In this document: positions 63,256 through 64,000 of the stretch, one piece after another | Layout: each line of letters starts with the position of its first letter | Numbering within the stretch: the first letter of the stretch is position 1 | NCBI RefSeq assembly: GCF_006345805.1 | Contig: NC_043014.1 | Span: 38,130,001 to 38,194,000 of the forward strand | Length of the DNA: 64,000 nt | Reading direction: 5' to 3' | From: Octopus sinensis | Lineage: Eukaryota | The notes under the pieces: model-generated | Database searches by the model: none | Told to the model about the DNA's origin: nothing | The model's input: the letters and a program-made list of their open reading frames with translations, nothing else | Translations under genes and position numbers: made by a program

Positions 63256-63789
63256 ACATACATACATACATACATACATACATACATACATACATACATA
63301 CACACATACATACATACATACATACGTACATACGTACATACATACATACATACATACATACATACATACATACATACATACATACACACAGACACAAACA
63401 CTCACACACACATACATACATATATATACATACACACACATATAGTTTGATTTTGTGCCAAAATTAATAGCAAATAGTTGACTTAGGTCTTAGAGTAGGA
63501 GATGATGGCAGAAACGGTGGCATAACAGTGGTTGCCTAGAAGCAATCAATACTAGTTACCAGTCAGTGTCAACTCGCAAGGGATTTAGACGAACTTGAAA
63601 AGAAGCTCCGAAAGTTAATCTTAGCTGCTAGTGTTTTAGTAGGGGTTTAAATAATCTTTAGTGTATGAGCGAGCCGAGCTTAGGAAGTCAGAATTAAAGA
63701 AGAGTTATTAAGGAAGTATGTGGACTGAATTCTCAATTAATGTCCAATTTGTGCTCTCTTTGATGCTGTATTGATGCTATAGGTGAAAA

Positions 63790-63917
63790 AGGCATGCTTC
63801 CCAACTACATGGTTTTTGGGTCCAGTCCTAGGTGCTACTGCGTGTCTTCTGCTATAGCCTTGAGTCGGGTCAAAGCCTTGTGAGTGGATTCGGTAGACGG
63901 AAACGGAAAGAAGGCCG

Positions 63918-63920
<3 letters not shown>
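63790..63920 (+). mobile_element. CORE-type SINE head, partial
   Basis: gcatgcttcccaactacatgg...gtcttctgctatagcc...gtggattcggtagacggaaac. Confidence 0.75.

Positions 63921-64000
<80 letters not shown>

Noticed and set aside
1455-63450. Most ORFs in the track (poly-YI, HT, CV, LS, E/K/R, N)
   Set aside because: They are read-through of microsatellites with no protein-like complexity.

Overview
This is repeat-saturated, AT-rich eukaryotic non-coding DNA. The SINE families and the extreme microsatellite load suggest an octopus genome (inference). I recognise no host protein-coding gene; nearly all ORFs in the supplied track are microsatellite read-through. The window contains: a 5'-truncated CR1/L2-group LINE (RT, one frameshift); a full-length but decayed mariner; pogo/Tigger, Tc1/mariner, hAT and Helitron remnants or MITEs; dozens of tRNA-derived SINEs, some as 184-bp tandem multimers; several long fold-back elements; and a 100-N gap. 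The main unexplained structure is a set of about ten dispersed type I hammerhead-ribozyme motifs, read by eye on both strands. Their helix III takes at least five different sequences that are almost all self-complementary (ACATATGT, ACAGCTGT, ACTCGAGT, ACAATTGT, ACGATCGT), the signature of dimer-cleaving Penelope-associated hammerheads. Five carry unusually long (about 60-100 nt) helix II domains. Two sit at the apex of 50-85 bp fold-back stems, and most point toward a nearby (TA)n run. No Penelope ORF is visible. A LINE 3' stem-loop shared, with compensatory changes, by the commonest SINE tail is also evident. Family names come from memory and were not searched.
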